Counted from the first letter of the stretch, positions 1-9,629 are shown. The stretch is DNA of 57,080 nucleotides from Polyangiales bacterium (GCA_038231275.1 JBBRLQ010000042.1:1-57080), one strand, 5' to 3'. Program-made: numbers and translations. The notes: a model not told the origin generated them from the letters alone.

Positions 1-44
1 CCATGAATTTTCTCCTCCGCCCCGTCGGAGGAGAAAATTCATGG
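1..44. repeat. Perfect 19-bp inverted repeat (REP-like hairpin)
   Basis: ccatgaattttctcctccg (1-19) is the exact reverse complement of cggaggagaaaattcatgg (26-44), 6-nt loop; may extend beyond the window start. Confidence 0.9.
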
Positions 45-220
45 AAACGACCCAAGCACACCTTCGCGAGCGCCCAACCGATGCTGCAAGCCCGAGTGAC
101 AGGCGAAGCCTGGCGCGGGCTTGACCAAAGCGAGAGCATCGGGCCCGCGGTTTGAGCACGAAGAGAAGAAGGGGGGCGAGGCGCGTTGGGGGTTCCTCGG
201 TGGCTCGCGCCACCTCGGAA
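43..220. other. Structured non-coding region with nested stems
   Basis: ccgatgct 78-85/agcatcgg 135-142; caagcccg 87-94/cgggcttg 116-123; caggc-gaa-gcctg 100-112; second hairpin ggtggc-tcgc-gccacc 199-214. Confidence 0.55.
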
Positions 221-242
221 TGAAACACACCTAGCGCCTTCG

Positions 243-388
243 CGGTCGTGGTCGTGGTCGCGGTCGCGGTCGCGGGTTCGTGGTCGTGCTCGTGGTCGTG
301 GTCGTGGTCGCGGTCGCGGTCGCGGTCGCGGTCGCGGTCGCGGTCGTGGTCGTGGTCGCGGTCGTGGTCGCGGTCGTGGTCGTGGTCG
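243..388. repeat. Hexamer microsatellite (YGGTCG)n, about 24 units
   Basis: Run of cggtcg/tggtcg units abutting the amidase stop codon. Confidence 0.95.
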
Positions 389-1771
389 CTATGCCCAGGC
401 CAGATCCGGCCACGCGTCTTCCCACGGCGCGTCTCGCTCGATCTGCCGCGCCAGCGCCAGGATCGTCTCCTCGTCGTTCGCCCGCCCTGCGATCTGAACC
501 CCCATCGGATGCCCCGCCCGCGAAATTCCCGCCGGAATGCTCACCGCCGGCTGACCGCTCACGTTGAACCCCGCGGTGAACGCGCCAAGCCGCGCTGCCC
601 GCGCGAAGGCCTGCTCGGGCGGCAAACCCTTCCACTCGCCCACGAACGGCGGCGCCACTGCCACCGCCGGTGTGATCCACGCGTCCGCGTCGCCGAACCA
701 CCCGAGGACCGTCGCCGACATCCTCTCCGCCAGCACGCGCATCTGCTCCGGCGTCACGTCGCGCCCCTTGTCGGCGAGCCAGCGCGTCACCGGCTGCGTC
801 AGCGACCAGTCGTGCACCGGCGCCTCCGACGCCATCCGCTGCCACACCGGCAAGAACTCCTCGAGCGTTCCGCCCTGCGGCGCGCCCTCCTTCACCTCGT
901 GCCCGAACGACTCCGCGAGGCGCGCGATCCGCATCGTCGCCTCGGCGATCTCCGGATCGGTCTCGGTCAGGTGCGACGCCGTCAGCACACGCAGGCGAAG
1001 CTTCCGCGGCGCGCGCTCGCACAGCTCGAGATACGGCGCGCTCGGCCGCGGCGCCCAATGCGGCTTACCGACCGTCAGCCCCGCCATCGCATCGAGCATC
1101 CCCGACGCATCCCGCACGGTTCGCGCGATCGGGCCACACGTGTAGATGATGTGCCGATCGTCCATGCCGTACGAGTTCTCGACGCGCCCGCGCGACGGCT
1201 TGATCCCGACGAGGTGATTCAGCGCGGCGGGGATCCGGATCGAGCCCGCGCCGTCGCTCCCCTGCGCGATCGGCACGAGCCCCGCCGCCACCGCAGCGCC
1301 CGCACCGCCGCTCGAGCCGCCCGGCGTGCGCGCGAGGTCCCATGGGTTTCGCGTCGGCGGATGGATGTCCGGCTCGGTGACCGGCAACGTACCAAGCTCG
1401 CTCGTCGCGGTCTTCCCGACGATGACGAACCCCGCGCGCCGCAGCTGCGCGGTCGTCGCGTCGTCCACCGGCGTGAAGAGCCGCTCGAACGCGCGCGAGC
1501 CGAAGCGAGTGTACGAGCCCTTTGCCGCGTTCAAATCCTTCACCGCCGTGGGCACACCCCAGAAAGGCGGCGCCCCCTCGGCCTCACGACGATCGAATGC
1601 CTTCGCCTCGGCGAGCGCGCGCTCCGGCATGACATGCACGAACGCGCTCGTCTTCCCGTCGAGCCGCGCGATGCGTTCCAAGTACGCGCGCGTGAGCTCG
1701 ACGCTCGAGAGGAGCCCCCTCCGAATCAGGGAGGCTTGCTCGAGCGCGCTCTTCTTGAGGACGCTCTCCAC
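389..1771 (-). CDS. Amidase signature family protein
   Basis: GVPTAVKD, GGSSGG, GSDGAGSIRIPA motifs (Lys-Ser-Ser triad). Confidence 0.93.
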   Translation of the reverse strand: MESVLKKSALEQASLIRRGLLSSVELTRAYLERIARLDGKTSAFVHVMPERALAEAKAFDRREAEGAPPFWGVPTAVKDLNAAKGSYTRFGSRAFERLFTPVDDATTAQLRRAGFVIVGKTATSELGTLPVTEPDIHPPTRNPWDLARTPGGSSGGAGAAVAAGLVPIAQGSDGAGSIRIPAALNHLVGIKPSRGRVENSYGMDDRHIIYTCGPIARTVRDASGMLDAMAGLTVGKPHWAPRPSAPYLELCERAPRKLRLRVLTASHLTETDPEIAEATMRIARLAESFGHEVKEGAPQGGTLEEFLPVWQRMASEAPVHDWSLTQPVTRWLADKGRDVTPEQMRVLAERMSATVLGWFGDADAWITPAVAVAPPFVGEWKGLPPEQAFARAARLGAFTAGFNVSGQPAVSIPAGISRAGHPMGVQIAGRANDEETILALARQIERDAPWEDAWPDLAWA

Positions 1772-1777
1772 GCGCGT

Positions 1778-2719
1778 CTACTTCGTGAACGTCTTGAACG
1801 CCGCGAACGTGCGCTTCAGCCCCTCGCGCACGAGCACCTTCGGCGCGTAGCCGAACAGCTTGCTCGCCATGCCGATGTCCGCGAGCGAATCGCGCACGTC
1901 GCCTTGGCGCGTCGGGCGGTACTCGGCCTTCAGCGGCGCGCCGGCCTCGTCGCCGATGTACGAGAGGAGCTGATTCAGGCTGATCCGTTCGCCGCACGCG
2001 ACGTTCGCCACCTCGCCCGACAGCTTGTTCGACGTCGACGCCGCGAGGAGGTTGGCCCCCACGGTGTTCTCGATGAAGCAAAAATCACGCGTCTGCTCGC
2101 CGTCGCCGTACACGACCGGCACGGTCTTCTTGATGGCCGCCGTGATGAAGTTCGGGATGACGGCTGCGTATTGGCTCGTCGGATCCTGCTTCGGGCCGAA
2201 CACGTTGAAGTAGCGAAGGCTCACCGTCTCGATCCCGTAGAGGCTCGCGAACACGCGCATCATCTGCTCGCACGTGTGCTTGGCGACCGCGTAGGGCGAG
2301 AGCGGCACCGGCGTCATCGTCTCGATCTTCGGGAGCGTGGGCGTGTTTCCGTACGCCGACGAGCTCGCCGCGAAGACGACGCGACGAACCTTGGCGTGAC
2401 GCGCCATGTCGAGCACCACCGTCGTCCCCTGCACGTTGGCGAACACCGACGCCTGCGGGTTCTCGACCGATCGCGACACCGACGGGATCGCCGCCTCGTG
2501 GAAGATGACCTCGACGCCGGAGACCGCCTTCTCTACGGTCTCGGGATCGGTGATCGAGCCCTCGACGATCTCGAGCTTGCCGGTGAGGCCTTCCAGGTTC
2601 TGGCGGCGCCCCGTCGAGAAGTCGTCGAGCACGCGAACGGTCTCGCCTTTTCGGAGGAGCTCCTCGGCGATCGACGACCCAATGAAGCCCGCGCCGCCCG
2701 TGACGAGGAAGGTACCCAT
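1778..2719 (-). CDS. NAD-dependent UDP-sugar 4-epimerase (WbpP/TviC-like extended SDR)
   Basis: TGGAGFIGS, ASSSAYG, YAVAK (YxxxK), RYFNVFGP, GDGEQTRDF. Confidence 0.92.
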   Translation of the reverse strand: MGTFLVTGGAGFIGSSIAEELLRKGETVRVLDDFSTGRRQNLEGLTGKLEIVEGSITDPETVEKAVSGVEVIFHEAAIPSVSRSVENPQASVFANVQGTTVVLDMARHAKVRRVVFAASSSAYGNTPTLPKIETMTPVPLSPYAVAKHTCEQMMRVFASLYGIETVSLRYFNVFGPKQDPTSQYAAVIPNFITAAIKKTVPVVYGDGEQTRDFCFIENTVGANLLAASTSNKLSGEVANVACGERISLNQLLSYIGDEAGAPLKAEYRPTRQGDVRDSLADIGMASKLFGYAPKVLVREGLKRTFAAFKTFTK

Positions 2720-2931
2720 CTTGGGCTCGCATCAAAGCACGAGGGGGAACCGCCTGGGAACAGGCGCCCGTCCATGGGACAATTTCGCCACAATCCCCAA
2801 GATTTACAAAGACGACGCGCCACGTCGAAAGGGTCATGGGGCGTGTTGGCTACGCCTCGCCATCCGCGTATATTGCGTGGCAGCTTGTGGGCGAAGATCC
2901 GATCGTTCGCCCGGGCGTCGGTACCTTTGCG

Positions 2932-4626
2932 ATGAGCAACCTCCCCCCGCAGATGCAGCACCCTTATCCAGGTCCGGGCGGTGGCGCGCCGCCGGTCGAT
3001 GCCGGCCCGAGCCTCCGCGAGCGAATCGCGCGCGCGAAGACGTTGACGCGCCGCGCCGCCGGTCACTGGAAGATGGCGATCCTCTTGCTCGTCATCGGCC
3101 TCGGCCTCTCTCTCGTCGCCGCGATGAACTCCAAGCGCACCTTCCGCTCGGAGTGCTCGGTCCAGTTCAAGCCGGGCCTCCGAATGGGGGACAAGGACGA
3201 CGACAGCCCCAGCGAGAAGGCGTCGAAGCTGATGCCGAAGCTGCAGGACGAGCTGAAGACGCGCGCGCGCCTCGAGAAGGTCATCCGCGAATTCAACCTC
3301 TACCCGAAGCTCGTCGAGAGCCGCGGCATGAGCGACGCCGTCGACGAGATGCGCGACAAGCACATCGGCTTCCGCGGCAAGGGGGACTCGAGCACCTTCG
3401 TCATCTCGTTCGACGCCGACGAGGATCCCGAGCTCGCGCAGAAGGTCACGCAGCGCCTCGCCGACACGATGATCGACGAGTACACGAAGGGGAACCTGTC
3501 GGCGGTGACCGCGCAGGAGGCGTTCCTCTCGGTGGAGGAGGCGCGCAGCGAACGCGAGCTCGAGGCCGCGAACAAGGCGTTCGCGAGGTTCCTCGCCGCG
3601 CACCCGGAGTTCGCGCAAGAGATGAAGAAGGGCGGCACCACGCCAGGCGCGGGCGGCACGTCCCCCATCGTGATGCCCACCGCCGTGAACAGCGGCGACG
3701 CGCACCTCGAGGCGCTCAAGCGACAGCGCGCGCGCATCGAGGCCGAGATCAAGGCGGTTCAAACCGGCGCGCCGCCCCCCGTCGTCGGCTCGCCCGCGCA
3801 AGAGGCGCGCCTCGCCAAGGCCAAGCGTGATCGCGAGGAGGCGCAGAAGGTCGCCGACGACGCGAACGCGACGCTCGCCAAGCTACGCTCGCAGGGCCTC
3901 AGCGACGAGTATCCCGACGTGAAGGAGGCCCGGAGCACCCTCACGCGCGCAAAAGCGTCGCTCACGGCGTCCGACGCGTCGGTGCGCGAGGCGGAGCAGG
4001 ACATCCGCTTGTCGGCCGGGACGGTCGTCTCGCCCGGCAAGGTCGATCTCGACGAGCTGAGGAGACGCATGGACGCGGTGGACGCGCAGATCGCCGCGCG
4101 ACGCGCCGGCCGCGCCCCGCCCAAGCCGGCGCCCGGCCTCGCCGGCGTCGACGCAGGACCTGTCCCCGAGCCAGTCAACGAGATCGTCGAGCTCGAGACT
4201 GATTGGCAGCGCCTCCTGCGCACGCTCCAGGAGTCGAAGGAGCAGCACGACGATCTGAACCAGAAGCTCGAGCGCGCGCGCCTCGAGAAGGCCCGCGCCG
4301 CAGCCAAAGGCGGCGACACGATGACGATCCTCGACCCGGCGTATCGCCCCACCAAGGCGAGCAAGGGCGGGAAGGGCAAGGTCGCGATGACCGGCGGCGC
4401 TGTGGCCGGCATCGTCGCCCTCCTCTATGCGTTCGCGCGTGTGATATTCAACGACACGATGATCGACGCTCAGGACATCGAAGCCCTGAAGCTGATCCCC
4501 GTCCTTGGCGTCCTGCCGAAGATCCCGGGCACCGGCTACGGCATCGCAGGACCTGGACATCCTGGGCAGGGTCCACCTGCACAACAAGCACCCCCAGACC
4601 AGCGGAGCTCGCCCGGTGGCGTATGA
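2932..4626 (+). CDS. Polysaccharide co-polymerase / chain-length determinant (Wzc/GumC-like)
   Basis: Two terminal TM helices flanking a long coiled coil, EYPDV motif, ILDPAYRP, IPVLGVLP; ATG at 2932 preferred. Confidence 0.85.
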   Translation: MSNLPPQMQHPYPGPGGGAPPVDAGPSLRERIARAKTLTRRAAGHWKMAILLLVIGLGLSLVAAMNSKRTFRSECSVQFKPGLRMGDKDDDSPSEKASKLMPKLQDELKTRARLEKVIREFNLYPKLVESRGMSDAVDEMRDKHIGFRGKGDSSTFVISFDADEDPELAQKVTQRLADTMIDEYTKGNLSAVTAQEAFLSVEEARSERELEAANKAFARFLAAHPEFAQEMKKGGTTPGAGGTSPIVMPTAVNSGDAHLEALKRQRARIEAEIKAVQTGAPPPVVGSPAQEARLAKAKRDREEAQKVADDANATLAKLRSQGLSDEYPDVKEARSTLTRAKASLTASDASVREAEQDIRLSAGTVVSPGKVDLDELRRRMDAVDAQIAARRAGRAPPKPAPGLAGVDAGPVPEPVNEIVELETDWQRLLRTLQESKEQHDDLNQKLERARLEKARAAAKGGDTMTILDPAYRPTKASKGGKGKVAMTGGAVAGIVALLYAFARVIFNDTMIDAQDIEALKLIPVLGVLPKIPGTGYGIAGPGHPGQGPPAQQAPPDQRSSPGGV

Positions 4627-5386
4627 CTCGCCGTCGCGAACGCTGGTCGTCCAGCGCCGCGACATCATCTCGCAGCAAGGAGACTCGCCGGTACGTGTGG
4701 TGCCGGCCTGGGCGTCGCCGCCCGACACGAGCGTCCTCGTCATGCTGGGCGAGGCCTCGAGCGACGCCACGGCGTCGTTACGTGTCATCCGCCATCGCCT
4801 CGAGCAGAAGCGCGCGGAGGGGATGTGGACCTTCGGCGTCACGAGCGCGCGCGACGGCGAAGGCAAGAGCACGTTCGCCACGCAGCTCGCGCTCGTCTTG
4901 TCGGAGTCGCAGCGCGCGCGTGTCCTCCTCGTCGAGTCGAACTTTCATCGGCCGTCGCTGGCGCGCATCCTCGGCTTCCGCGTCCCCGACGGGTACGGCT
5001 TCTCGTCGCAGATCGTCCGCAAGATGCGCGGGAGCCTGGAGCCGTGGTGCGTCGTCGCCCTCGGGCCGGCCCTCCACGTCCTCGCCGAATCGACCGCCGA
5101 GCAAGGCTTCCCCGAAACCTTGCACTCTACACATTTCCAGAACGCGATCGGCTTCCTGTCGCGCGGCTACGATTTCCTCATCGTCGACGGCCCCAGCGTG
5201 CTCGGCTCGGGCGACGCGAACGTCGTCGAGAACGCGGTGGACGGGCTCATCGTGGTCCTGCGGAGCAACATGAGCAAAGGCAACGATCTCCGCGACGCCG
5301 TGAAGCAGCTCGGCGAGCGGAAGACGATCGGCGTCGTATTGTGGGACGCGGACGGCGCCAAGAAGCCAAACGGCAAGGGGCGCTGA
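4616..5386 (+). CDS. CpsD/CapB-family BY-kinase-like ATPase
   Basis: TSARDGEGKST Walker A, LIVDGP Walker B; GTG start overlaps upstream gene end. Confidence 0.85.
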   Translation: MAYDSPSRTLVVQRRDIISQQGDSPVRVVPAWASPPDTSVLVMLGEASSDATASLRVIRHRLEQKRAEGMWTFGVTSARDGEGKSTFATQLALVLSESQRARVLLVESNFHRPSLARILGFRVPDGYGFSSQIVRKMRGSLEPWCVVALGPALHVLAESTAEQGFPETLHSTHFQNAIGFLSRGYDFLIVDGPSVLGSGDANVVENAVDGLIVVLRSNMSKGNDLRDAVKQLGERKTIGVVLWDADGAKKPNGKGR

Positions 5387-5388
5387 CC

Positions 5389-6576
5389 GTGGCGCTTCCG
5401 TTGTGGGAGCTCGATCCGGGGAAGCTGCCGGGGCCGCTCGGCAAGCTCGGGAAGAAGGAGCTGCACCTCTGGATCGGCGCGTGGCTGGCCGATCGCGTGC
5501 GCAAGCGGCGCATGGACCAGGCGTTCGAGGGGACGCGTCACCTCCTCTTCTGCGTGTGCGACCACTACGAGCCGCTCCACGGTCAGGGGACCACGACGGC
5601 GCATGCCGAGGTCGACGCGGCGGCGATGGACAAGGCGCGCGCGCGCGTCGCCGCGTGGCGGACCGAGTACCCGAAGCTCGGAAAATTCCGGGACAGCAGC
5701 GGCCGGCCGCCGCGCCACAGCTTCTTCTATCCCGGCGAGCAGTACCATCCGGACCTCGTCGAGCCCGTCGCCGAGCTGTGCGGCGAGGGCTACGGCGAGG
5801 TCGAGGTCCACCTCCACCACGACAACGACACGCGCGAGGCGCTGCGCACGGCGCTCGACAAGACGCTCTCCGATTTCGAGCAGCACGGCCTCGTGCCGCG
5901 CGTCGGGGGCAAGCGCGCGTGGGCGTTCATCCATGGCAATTGGTGCCTCGCGAACGCCCGGCGTGACGGACGGTACTGCGGCGTCGACGACGAAATGCAG
6001 CTCCTCTACGACCTCGGCTGCTACGCCGACTTCACGTTCCCGTCGGCGCCCGATCAGTCGCAGCCCGGTATCGTGAACGCGATCTACTACCCGTCGGGCG
6101 ACGTCACGAAGCGGCGGGCCTATGAGCACGGCGAGCGCGCCAAGGTCGGCACGAAGAAGGAGGATCGCCTCCTCATGATCGAAGGGCCGCTCGCGCTGGC
6201 GATGCGACCGCACTCGCGCAAGGTCCGGATCGAGAGCGCCGCGCTCGACTGGGCCGATCCGCCGAGCTGGGCGCGCCTTCGGACCTGGGTGCGGCAGCGC
6301 ATCGTCGTGGAGGGGCGTCCCGACTGGGTGTTCGTGAAGGTCCACACCCACGGCGCGCCCGAGAAAAACGCCGAGGTGATGCTCGGCGCGCGCACCGTCG
6401 AGCTGCACGAGGAGCTCGCCAAGAAATACAACGACGGCGCCGCCTGGAAGCTCCACTACGTCTCGGCGCGCGAGATGTACAACGTGGCGCGCGCGGCGAT
6501 GGACGGCAAGACCGGCTCGCCGGACGCGTGGCTCGACTACGAGATCCCGAAAGCGCCGCGCGTCGCCGCAAAATAG
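5389..6576 (+). CDS. EPS-locus protein, putative metal-dependent polysaccharide deacetylase/hydrolase
   Basis: DHYEP, EVHLHHD, FIHGNW, YADFTFPSAP, KVHTHG motifs; starts 2 nt after the BY-kinase stop. Confidence 0.6.
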   Translation: MALPLWELDPGKLPGPLGKLGKKELHLWIGAWLADRVRKRRMDQAFEGTRHLLFCVCDHYEPLHGQGTTTAHAEVDAAAMDKARARVAAWRTEYPKLGKFRDSSGRPPRHSFFYPGEQYHPDLVEPVAELCGEGYGEVEVHLHHDNDTREALRTALDKTLSDFEQHGLVPRVGGKRAWAFIHGNWCLANARRDGRYCGVDDEMQLLYDLGCYADFTFPSAPDQSQPGIVNAIYYPSGDVTKRRAYEHGERAKVGTKKEDRLLMIEGPLALAMRPHSRKVRIESAALDWADPPSWARLRTWVRQRIVVEGRPDWVFVKVHTHGAPEKNAEVMLGARTVELHEELAKKYNDGAAWKLHYVSAREMYNVARAAMDGKTGSPDAWLDYEIPKAPRVAAK

Positions 6577-6612
6577 TTGGCCCGCCCGCGGCGACCGGGC
6601 GAATTTCGACGC

Positions 6613-6897
6613 GTGGAAGCCAAGCCCCTGTCCTGCGTCGTCTGCGGTCTCGCCGACGCGCGCGCGCTCGTCATGACCAAGCTGAAGGGCGGGGCCTCCG
6701 TCGTCGTATGCGCGACGCACGCGCTGGTGCACGAGCGAATGGGCGGCGGGGCCGCGAGCGTCGCCGACCTCCAAAAAATGGCGCGCGAGAAGCGGCGTCC
6801 GAGCGAGCGGCGCGAGAGCTTCGCCAAAGACGAGCTCGGCGCGATGCTGACGGCGGGATTCGCGGGCGAGCGCCGCGCCGGCTCTCGCCGCGGGTAG
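6613..6897 (+). CDS. Small hypothetical protein with CxxC...CxxH putative zinc site
   Basis: CVVC and CATH; fills the intergenic gap. Confidence 0.6.
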   Translation: MEAKPLSCVVCGLADARALVMTKLKGGASVVVCATHALVHERMGGGAASVADLQKMAREKRRPSERRESFAKDELGAMLTAGFAGERRAGSRRG

Positions 6898-6937
6898 CCT
6901 TCGACGCCCGGCGGGCGTGTGGTACGAGTGACGGCTC

Positions 6938-8392
6938 GTGCGCCAATCCATTGCCCTATCGCTCCTCGTGATGACGGCTTGCGCCGCGACGCCGTCGCCC
7001 GAGCCCAAGCGCGCGGAGACCACGCGGGCGGAGCAGGTGGCGCCTCCGCCGGTCGCGACGCCGGCACGCTCCTCCCTCGATGAGACGGTGAGGGCGCTGC
7101 AGGCTTCGGCCCTCGCGTCGACGAAGGCCGAAGAGACGGTGCGGTCGCTGACGAGCGAGGTCGGCGCGCGAATCGCCGGCGGCCCGAAGGACGCCATCGC
7201 CGTCGCGTGGGCGAAGAGAGCGATGGAAGGACGCGGCCTGACCCGCGTGCACGCCGAGCCGGTCAAGGTGCTCCACTGGGAGCGCGGCGAGGAGTCGGTG
7301 GAGCTCGTCGGAAAGGGCGCTCGCAAGCTGCGTGCGCTGGGGCTCGGGGGAACGCTCGGCACCGGAGGCAAGCCTATCGAGGCGGAGGTCGTCGAGGTCG
7401 CGTCGGTCGCGGCGCTCAATCTGCTCCCGGACGCCGCCGTGCGCGGCAGGATCGTCTTCTACGACGCGCCGATGCGGCGCTCGCGCGATGGGTCGGGGTA
7501 CGGGGACGCGGTCGGAGTGCGCTACGAGGGGCCGCGGCGGGCGGGCGAAAAAGGCGCGCTCGCCGCGGTGATCCGCTCGGTCGGGACCGACGTGGAGATG
7601 CCGCACACGGGGGCGACGTTGCGGACGGCGAAGGTCCCGGTGGCAGCGCTCTCAGGAGAGAGCGCCGATGCGCTTCACGCGGCGCTGGTGGCCGGCAAGC
7701 ACGCGCGCCTTCGCCTCTCTCTTGGCGCGCGCTGGCTCCCGGACGCGGAGTCCGAGAACGTGATCGGGGACGTCGTCGGGAGCGAGCACCCGGACGAGAT
7801 CGTGATCCTGGGCGCGCACCTCGACTCGTGGGACGTCGGACAAGGCGCGATCGACGACGGCGCGGGCTGCGCGATCGTGCTGGAGGCCGCGCGCCTCGTC
7901 GCGGCGCTCGGGCGCGCGCCGAAGCGCACGGTGCGCGTGGTGTTGTTCGCGTCGGAGGAGATGGGCGTCTTCGGCGGCGAGGCGTACGCCGCAGCGCACG
8001 CCGCCGAGCTCGGCAAGCACGTCGTCGTCATGGAGGCCGACTCCGGCACCGCGAAGGTGTACGAGGCCCGGTACCGCGCAGGCCCCAGCGCCGCGCCGGT
8101 GTTCGCGGAGCTCGGTCGCCTCCTCGCGCCGCTCGGCGTCGCGACGACCGACGCGCGCGCCCGCGGTGGCGCCGACGTCCGCGCCATGATCGACAAAGGA
8201 GTTCCCGTCGTCGACCTCGACCAGGATTTTTCGCGCTATTTCGACGTCCATCACACCGACAACGACACGTTCGAGCGCATCGAGCCCGACGGGCTCCGCC
8301 AATCCGCCGCCGCCTATGCGACGGCGGCGTGGACCCTCGCGGACTCGAACGTCGACCTCGGACGCGTCGCCGCGCCCGCGCACGAGGAATGA
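6938..8392 (+). CDS. M28 family metallopeptidase (carboxypeptidase Q-like) lipoprotein
   Basis: Lipobox MTAC, GAHLDSWD, GAIDDG, SEEMG, EADSG, HHTDND. Confidence 0.92.
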   Translation: MRQSIALSLLVMTACAATPSPEPKRAETTRAEQVAPPPVATPARSSLDETVRALQASALASTKAEETVRSLTSEVGARIAGGPKDAIAVAWAKRAMEGRGLTRVHAEPVKVLHWERGEESVELVGKGARKLRALGLGGTLGTGGKPIEAEVVEVASVAALNLLPDAAVRGRIVFYDAPMRRSRDGSGYGDAVGVRYEGPRRAGEKGALAAVIRSVGTDVEMPHTGATLRTAKVPVAALSGESADALHAALVAGKHARLRLSLGARWLPDAESENVIGDVVGSEHPDEIVILGAHLDSWDVGQGAIDDGAGCAIVLEAARLVAALGRAPKRTVRVVLFASEEMGVFGGEAYAAAHAAELGKHVVVMEADSGTAKVYEARYRAGPSAAPVFAELGRLLAPLGVATTDARARGGADVRAMIDKGVPVVDLDQDFSRYFDVHHTDNDTFERIEPDGLRQSAAAYATAAWTLADSNVDLGRVAAPAHEE

Positions 8393-9051
8393 ACGCCATG
8401 CGCCGCACCCTCTACCACTTCCCGCTTTCCACCTTCTCGCGGCGCGCGCGCCTCGCGCTCGCGCACAAGGGCCTCTCCGCGGATCTCGTCGACGGGCGCG
8501 CCGAGCCCGAGCGACTCGCCGAGGCCCGCCGCATTTGCCCTCTGCGTACGATGCCGGTCCTCGTCGAGGAGGACGGCCGCGCGATCGGGGACTCGACGGC
8601 GATCGCACACTACCTCGACGCCGCTTACCCCGACGCGCCGCGCCTCTGGCCCGCGGAGAAGAACGCCGCACGCGAGACGCTCGAGGCGACGACGCTCGTG
8701 GACCTCGCGATGAGCACCATCGTCGACCTGGGCACGCGCTATTACGCGCTGCACGATGCGCCGGCGTGGGGGGCGGTCAAAGCCGAGATGATCGGACGCG
8801 CGCAGGCGGCGCTCGACGCGCTCGCGACACGGGCGGCGGCTCGTGCGGGCACGACCTGGACCGACGCGGGCTGGTGCGTCGCGGACGCGTGGATTTTGAC
8901 CGCCACGCTCTGGGTCGAGGGCTGGGCCGCGCGCGCGCCGACGAACCCCATGATCGGGCAGCTCACGGGCCTCGGCGTCCGCCTCCCCGCGGAGATGGCG
9001 CGCTGGTCCGACACGCACCGCGCGCGCGCCGACGTCGTCGCGCTCGGCTGA
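8389..9051 (+). CDS. Glutathione S-transferase family protein
   Basis: LYHFPLSTFSRRARLAL, MPVL, DSTAIAHYLD; ATGA overlap with upstream gene. Confidence 0.88.
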   Translation: MNAMRRTLYHFPLSTFSRRARLALAHKGLSADLVDGRAEPERLAEARRICPLRTMPVLVEEDGRAIGDSTAIAHYLDAAYPDAPRLWPAEKNAARETLEATTLVDLAMSTIVDLGTRYYALHDAPAWGAVKAEMIGRAQAALDALATRAAARAGTTWTDAGWCVADAWILTATLWVEGWAARAPTNPMIGQLTGLGVRLPAEMARWSDTHRARADVVALG

Positions 9052-9609
9052 TCACCCCTCCGCACGCGCGAGGACGACCACCGAGTACGCGATCGCCGCG
9101 ACGCTCCCGGGGTTCCCGTACGAGTGGCGTTGATCCCCGCGGAACGACACCACGTCCCCCGGCGCGAGCGTGAACGTGTCGCCCGCGGCGACCAGCACGA
9201 TCGCGCCCGACTCGCAGGTGAGGTACTCGCGGGTCCCAGGCGTGTGCGGCATTCCCGTCATCTTCACGCGCGGCGGGAGCTCGAAGCGATCGATCTCCAT
9301 CCCCGGAATGGACTCGGGGAGGAGCTTACGGATGGATGCCGCGCCGCGCGTGACCGTGCGAATCGCCGCCGCGGGAGTGAGCCTCGCGTCGGCCCTCGGC
9401 GTCGCGAGGAGCTCCTCGAGCGAGACCTGAAGTCCGAACGCCACGCGGCTCAAGACGTGGAGCGTAGGGTTTCCGGAGCCCGACTCGATGTTCGACCAGG
9501 TCGCCCGCGGCAGCCCCGCGAGCTTGGCGATCTGCTGCTGCGTCGCGCCCCGCCCCTCGCGGAGCTGGCGAACGTTCCTTCCGAGGCGACTCGCGAGCCC
9601 GTCGTCCAT
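9052..9609 (-). CDS. XRE-family HTH regulator with cupin domain
   Basis: TQQQIAKLAGLPRATWSNIESGSGNPTL HTH; PHTPGTRE...HSYGN cupin. Confidence 0.92.
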   Translation of the reverse strand: MDDGLASRLGRNVRQLREGRGATQQQIAKLAGLPRATWSNIESGSGNPTLHVLSRVAFGLQVSLEELLATPRADARLTPAAAIRTVTRGAASIRKLLPESIPGMEIDRFELPPRVKMTGMPHTPGTREYLTCESGAIVLVAAGDTFTLAPGDVVSFRGDQRHSYGNPGSVAAIAYSVVVLARAEG

Positions 9610-9629
9610 GGACGGCAAATTAGCCTTAC

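Noticed and set aside
43..196. 6S RNA or retron msr-msd call
   Set aside because: Rod-like pairing is suggestive, but no diagnostic sequence, usual synteny or reverse transcriptase is visible; left as unassigned structure
243..388. Possible CRISPR array or repeat protein
   Set aside because: 6-bp units with no spacers and no cas genes; the encoded repeats are artefacts
389..1771. gatA
   Set aside because: No gatB/gatC neighbours; general amidase
2878..2893. sigma54-like TGGCA-N-GC element upstream of the co-polymerase
   Set aside because: Correct spacing but poor -12 element and no enhancer pair; may be chance
248..2935. Long plus-strand ORF (likewise 11543-15424, 22552-26082, 48225-50141)
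   Set aside because: Arg/Ala-rich antisense shadows of well-supported genes, expected in GC-rich DNA
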